NCBI RefSeq assembly: GCF_000150275.1
Contig: NW_002060943.1
Span: 8,831,070-8,895,069 of the forward strand
DNA: 64,000 bases
From: Trichoplax adhaerens
Lineage: Eukaryota; Animalia; Placozoa
Reading direction: 5' to 3'
The translations under genes and the position numbers were made by a program. The notes under the pieces are model-generated. The model made no database searches and was not told the DNA's origin. It saw only the letters and a list, made by a program, of their open reading frames with translations. Numbering within the stretch: position 1 is the stretch's first letter; every line of letters starts with the position of its first letter. This document shows positions 58,978-64,000 of the stretch, piece after piece.

Positions 58978-61900
58978 ATGGGGACGGAAAAAGCTGATCC
59001 TGATGTAGAATTTCGTGGTGAGAAGCAGGCAGTTTCTGGCTTCCACCTATCTAAATTGCAAGTCATATTAATAATTCTTCTATCGATTGGCGTAGTTGTA
59101 TTTACTGGAATTTTTGCTGGAGTTATCTTGCCTAGCATCAATGCTGCCCACAGTACAAGCACTCAGGCACCAACTACACAACCACCAGCAGGAACTAATA
59201 ATCCAACATCGACTTCGAATCAAGGTGGCTCGACTTCAACGCCACAGTCTGCCACTTCCAAGCCTTATGCTATTCCTTCACCTCAACCAACACAACCTAC
59301 ACCTACTTCTTCTTATGCCGCCGTTAACAAACCACGTTTGCCCACCGATATTGTACCTGTTCAATATTGGTTTACATTGGAAATTGATATGACCAATTTG
59401 AATTTTTCTGGTGACACTACCATCGAGGTTACTGTTAAAAAAGAGACAAATACAATTATTCTTCATGCATCTGGATTGACTATGACTCAAGATCCTCAGG
59501 TGACTAATAATCGAAACTATGATGGCTCTACCACTTACTACACGATTAGCACCAAGGGAACGTACGCACCCAATCAATATTACTACATGATGATGCAGAA
59601 CAATTTAACACCAGGAACATATTATTTACGATTCCGCCATACTGCTCCATTATCAACCCGCTTGGACGGATTATATAAATATCAGTATACTAGAGCGTCC
59701 ACCGGAGAAAAAATGTAAGTTTTTATACTGGACTGTCTACTGCAATCTCGTCTAAGGTTGCAGCACCTACAGTACTATGTATTTGTATAATATCGAGTTT
59801 GCAAAAACTTGTAAGCACTGCTTAAGTGGGATTCAGCCCAGCCCGATAGAGGTAGATTTTCTAGTCAATTACCAGAATGAGCAGTTGAAATTAAAATTGT
59901 TTGCCCTGTCAATTTCTGACATTGGACTATGGAAATAGCAACAAAAATGCTCCAGGGTTCGCTTTTATTTTTACTTTTTCCTACAGGTATTACAGAGTAC
60001 TGTACATGTACCGTAGGCTTGATAGTACTATACACTGTAAAGTACTGTGCATTGTACTACACCGTACCAGTCACCCACTGGGCGTCAGCGTTGGCAAGTC
60101 CGTAAACTATGACGATTGCCGCCATGGTTGAGTCGGTACGGCAGTTCTAGTTTGCCACTAGTCGGTATACTATTCCTACATCTATATCGAGTCCTAGTCT
60201 GCGAAAGAAAAATATTTCTAGGAGTACAGTATATTAATCTTATTATTATTATTATTATTAAAATGGTATATTGCCAGGGTATCAGCCATCAATGTTGAAA
60301 ATCAAATGGCAGCTTTAATATTACTGTATCGTAGAAGTTGTGAGAAATGGAATTATACTTTATATTTTGAGTCAATACATAACGTATAGTACTGTACCGT
60401 ATACTATTTAACCTGAAGTGGCTATGCAACACGCTTTACATTACTGTCCATGTCTTGCCCCAAAATAAGCAAACCACAGCATTTTTATGAATACAAATTG
60501 CAAACTCTGAACTAGGAAATGGCATAATTAAATGCTGCATTCCCAGTAAAATTTCCGATTGTGCTTGTTACTTTCCGCAAGCAGCATCTATAATAGTACA
60601 AATAGGCGTCAAACACTAAGCTATCATACATCCACACTATTCCATAGTCATCGAGTCTCAAATACGTGCTACTAAAGATCATTTATTGCGCATGAAAAAC
60701 AATTCAGTAAGCTAGAAATTTTCCGCAACGCAAGCTTAGGGAATCGATAGAACGACCGAACTATACTAAAGCTTTGCAGTGCCGTAGTTGTCAGGAAGCG
60801 CAGGGCAAGAAACAGTAAAATTATTTCGAATCCTTGTTTCAAAAAAGGAGTGAAAAATTTCCATTAATCGAGCAACTGAACGTTTCGTAAAATACGGCGA
60901 AAAACGCCCTTACTTCTGTCCAATTTGTCAAGCAGTATTCAAACAGCCAAGATAAGTACGGTTCAGGATGCGCACGCTACAGTACGTTACGTCGAGGTGT
61001 TTACAGAGAACCTGAAAATTATAGTTAGCATATTCAAAGTTTTTACACACGACGGTACAGTATACAGGGCTGTATCTGATTCTTTGTAAAAAAAACAGCT
61101 ACTGTAATCATCTGCCGTATGTACTAAGGTCAAATTGATGGCTTAAAATTAGAATAAATTAATAATTAATTAGTGAATAATTTTCACTGTGCCGCAATGT
61201 TGATTTTCGATGAAAACGGCTTTGACGCCATACTGAATTGTGGGATATAGTACCGCACTTGAGCAGATCAATTGTCATCAAACAAATCAATATAGCCCAT
61301 TACTGACTGACATTTAACTGCAGGCAACGCGACTCCAAATGCACTAATGCGATAATGAATACGCGCGCCATTGACGTATTGTAGCTTTAGTTTGCTCAAA
61401 AATTCATCATTGTACAGTACAGTGTATACAGTAGTGTAACATTTACTATACTAGTGCACACGATTGCAGCATGGACCGCAAATATTTGCTGCATCACGCC
61501 ATGCCGAAAAGGCGAAAGCGTAACCGTATTGCATAGCATACCGTCAATAAGAAATTATGATTTTCGTGCGATGTAGCATGGAGCAGAAGAGGGTCGAAAA
61601 TAAAACGTACACAGTATGCAATCCATGGATGCAATCAGTGTTTGAACAGTGTGCATTCTATGAGTTATACTGCATATTTTATCTGTGAAACAAAGTCCAA
61701 ACCAGCTCAATGCTAGTTTTTCCTTCTGATCATTACAAATAATAAAACAACTAACAAGAAATACTACGTGCTAGCACGTATATGTCTGAAATATTATTAG
61801 TCCTTCAAAGTTGATCGGTTAAATTACGATAGGGTTTATTCTTTTTTTTTTGATCGAGTATGCTTTCCAAGAAACCTTAAATTTGGCCAATTTAGGTGCC

Positions 61901-63670
61901 GTTGCCTAATTGAACGGATGGATAGTATACTGTAAGCTCCACATGTACACGAGGCTTGATGCTATAGTAGTTCGAAGGTGCACAATACTCAAACGGCTAA
62001 TTCTCACTTCAGTCGCTTGTTAGTGAGTTGCCAACCACCTTAAATTCTTGCGGTGATGATGATACCGCAAGGCACCTTTTGTCGCTTGCAAAATGTAAAT
62101 ATCTGGCATACGGTAGCGTATTTTCGCTATTGGACCTGAAGACAGATCAAAACAAAAATCTTATGTTTTGCATTCTAACAGGTCGTGCTCATAATATACC
62201 TTTACAGTGACTTTACGATTCATTTAAGGTTAATTATGAATACATTTATTGGCTATATCATCTGTCGTTTACTCGAGAATTAACAGCCATTTCTAGTTCG
62301 AACGCGCAATTTACTTCTAGATTTATGATCTTATGATGTCGATATCATTTTCTAATCATTAATTCAGATTAGAACACTCGTGTCAGCTAACGTCAAGCTG
62401 ACACCCCAGAGGCAAATCTTCATTTTCACCTACTGTAAATAAAGGATAGTACATTGCAAGCAAAATATTATTTAGCTTGAAAAATGAAATAAAAGCGTCT
62501 TAAACACATAGTATATTTTAATATCATGGTAAATGCCATAAATTACAATTAAAAATATTGCAATATGTTTTATAGATGAGCGTACTAAATTAAATTCCAA
62601 ATAAATTCTATTAAATTAGCAACATTGATTAGCCGGGTATAAATACTAAAATGGCTGAATTTCGGTTTTATTTAGATGGGGTGTTGGAAGCCAGTGTGAA
62701 TCATTCGATGCTCGCAGGATTATACCGTGTTTTGATGAACCAGCATTGAAAGCTAGATTTCAAACTACCCTTATCGTTCCTAGCAATTACACTTCCTCGT
62801 TAACTAATATGCTTTTAGTCGGTGAACAACCATTGCAAGGAAATAGAGTTCAATTAAGCCATGAAAGTAAGGAAATATTCAAACCGCCGGTTTTATTTGC
62901 TGATATATTTCAGCAATAGCGTTCGCAATACAGTACATTCCTTTAACTTATCGAATATGTTTATAATATTGCATTGAATTCTTAACAGTTAGTTATACGT
63001 AATGGTAGTTAGACTAATGGAAATATAGACAACGCCGAAATTCTATTTTATTCTAATCTCTAATTCTTTTATTTAAAACAATTTTAGACACTGTTGTTAT
63101 GTCATCTTATCTATTGGCATTCAGTATCACTGACTTTGATCGAGTTGAAAGAGATGTCGGAGGCATTTTGGTAAAATTGGATGCTAACAACATTACGTGA
63201 ATTATACATTAAATTTTAGATAGCGTATTCTTATTGCACGATGATAAACAATAAAGAGTCTCTAACTTCATTATTATAACTAAAGATTAATTAATCAACT
63301 ACAGTATAGGATCTGGGCCCGTAAAGCAATTAAAAATGACGGTAACTATGCACTTGAAGCTGCCATTAACATCACTACTTATTTTGAAAATTTGCTTGGC
63401 GTGAAATATCCGTTGCGTAAGCAAGGTAATGGTTATCAAATCGGGTTCATAATCCGGTATACTGTAGTGTAACGGGTGTTCAAAATATCTAACATTTAAC
63501 TTATTTTTTGATTAGATCATGTTTCTGTTCCTAAATTTGATTCGGGCGCTATGGAAAATTGGGGATTAATCTTATATAGAGAGGAATACTTGTCATATAG
63601 TCCATCTTATACCGATGCTAGAGAAAAAGAATTTATAGTGGCTATAATTGCTCACGAATTAGCTCACATG
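58978..63670 (+). CDS. Aminopeptidase N-like M1 zinc metallopeptidase, motifs intact (paralogue 3; 3' part beyond window)
   Basis: TM plus S/T/P stalk plus RLPTDIVP in exon 1 (58978-59714), then a ~2.96 kb intron. Following exons: [38 protein letters not shown]...[30 protein letters not shown]...AIIAHELAHM, ending at the donor after 63670. Confidence 0.92.
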
Positions 63671-64000
63671 GTAAGTGTCTAAATCTTACTTCCTTTTGAA
63701 TCCACAGTTCTTAGAAATGGTATCTAATGGAATTGCTATCGATGATTAATTTAACTTTAAATCCACTTCATTTGTTAATTAAAAATGTCTTTATAAGTTA
63801 TAATCAGTTTGGATAGCTACTAAATCGTTATGATATTCCACAATCGATAAGTAAGAGCTCGGGTAGTGAAAGTATCATGAACTATACTTACTCAAGTACC
63901 TAATACTAGAAAAGACCAGCTCTCGCAAATTTGTTTATTCTAGATGCAAACTATCGTATCTACAGTTATAATATCCAATATATTTATCTTTCTTAATAGT

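Noticed and set aside
59096-59577. Alternative-frame and antisense ORFs over aminopeptidase exon 1 (also 46575-46784 and 20654-20872)
   Set aside because: Shadows of low-complexity coding exons with no independent coding signal.

Overview
AT-rich, intron-dense eukaryotic (animal) genomic DNA with mostly ~70-150 nt GT-AG introns and three 50-N assembly gaps. The compact gene structure and pervasive (CAGTA)n/(TACTG)n repeats suggest an early-branching metazoan such as the placozoan Trichoplax; this is inference, not established. Manual exon stitching gives eight protein-coding genes: a GABP-beta-like ankyrin protein (-, truncated at the left edge), riboflavin kinase (+), an extended-SDR NAD-dependent epimerase/dehydratase (-), PRMT3 (-), a full-length TEP1 (TROVE-vWA-DUF4062-NACHT-WD40; +) and a cluster of three type-II-membrane M1 aminopeptidase N paralogues (-, +, +; the last truncated at the right edge). 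Main finding: the middle aminopeptidase has an intact reading frame but has lost its catalytic apparatus (GAMEN->DTTAN, HELAH->YQIAQ, catalytic Tyr displaced). It is a candidate pseudo-peptidase sitting head-to-head with an active paralogue. Other findings: a 1-nt frameshift in a TEP1 WD40 exon, a 144-bp hAT-type MITE with an 8-bp TSD inside a promoter minisatellite, a dispersed fold-back element, a candidate unannotated terminal exon, a GC-AG intron, a 41-nt intron, a decayed C2H2 zinc-finger relic, and CAGTA palindromic repeats concentrated near gene 5' ends. No tRNA, rRNA or CRISPR array was found.
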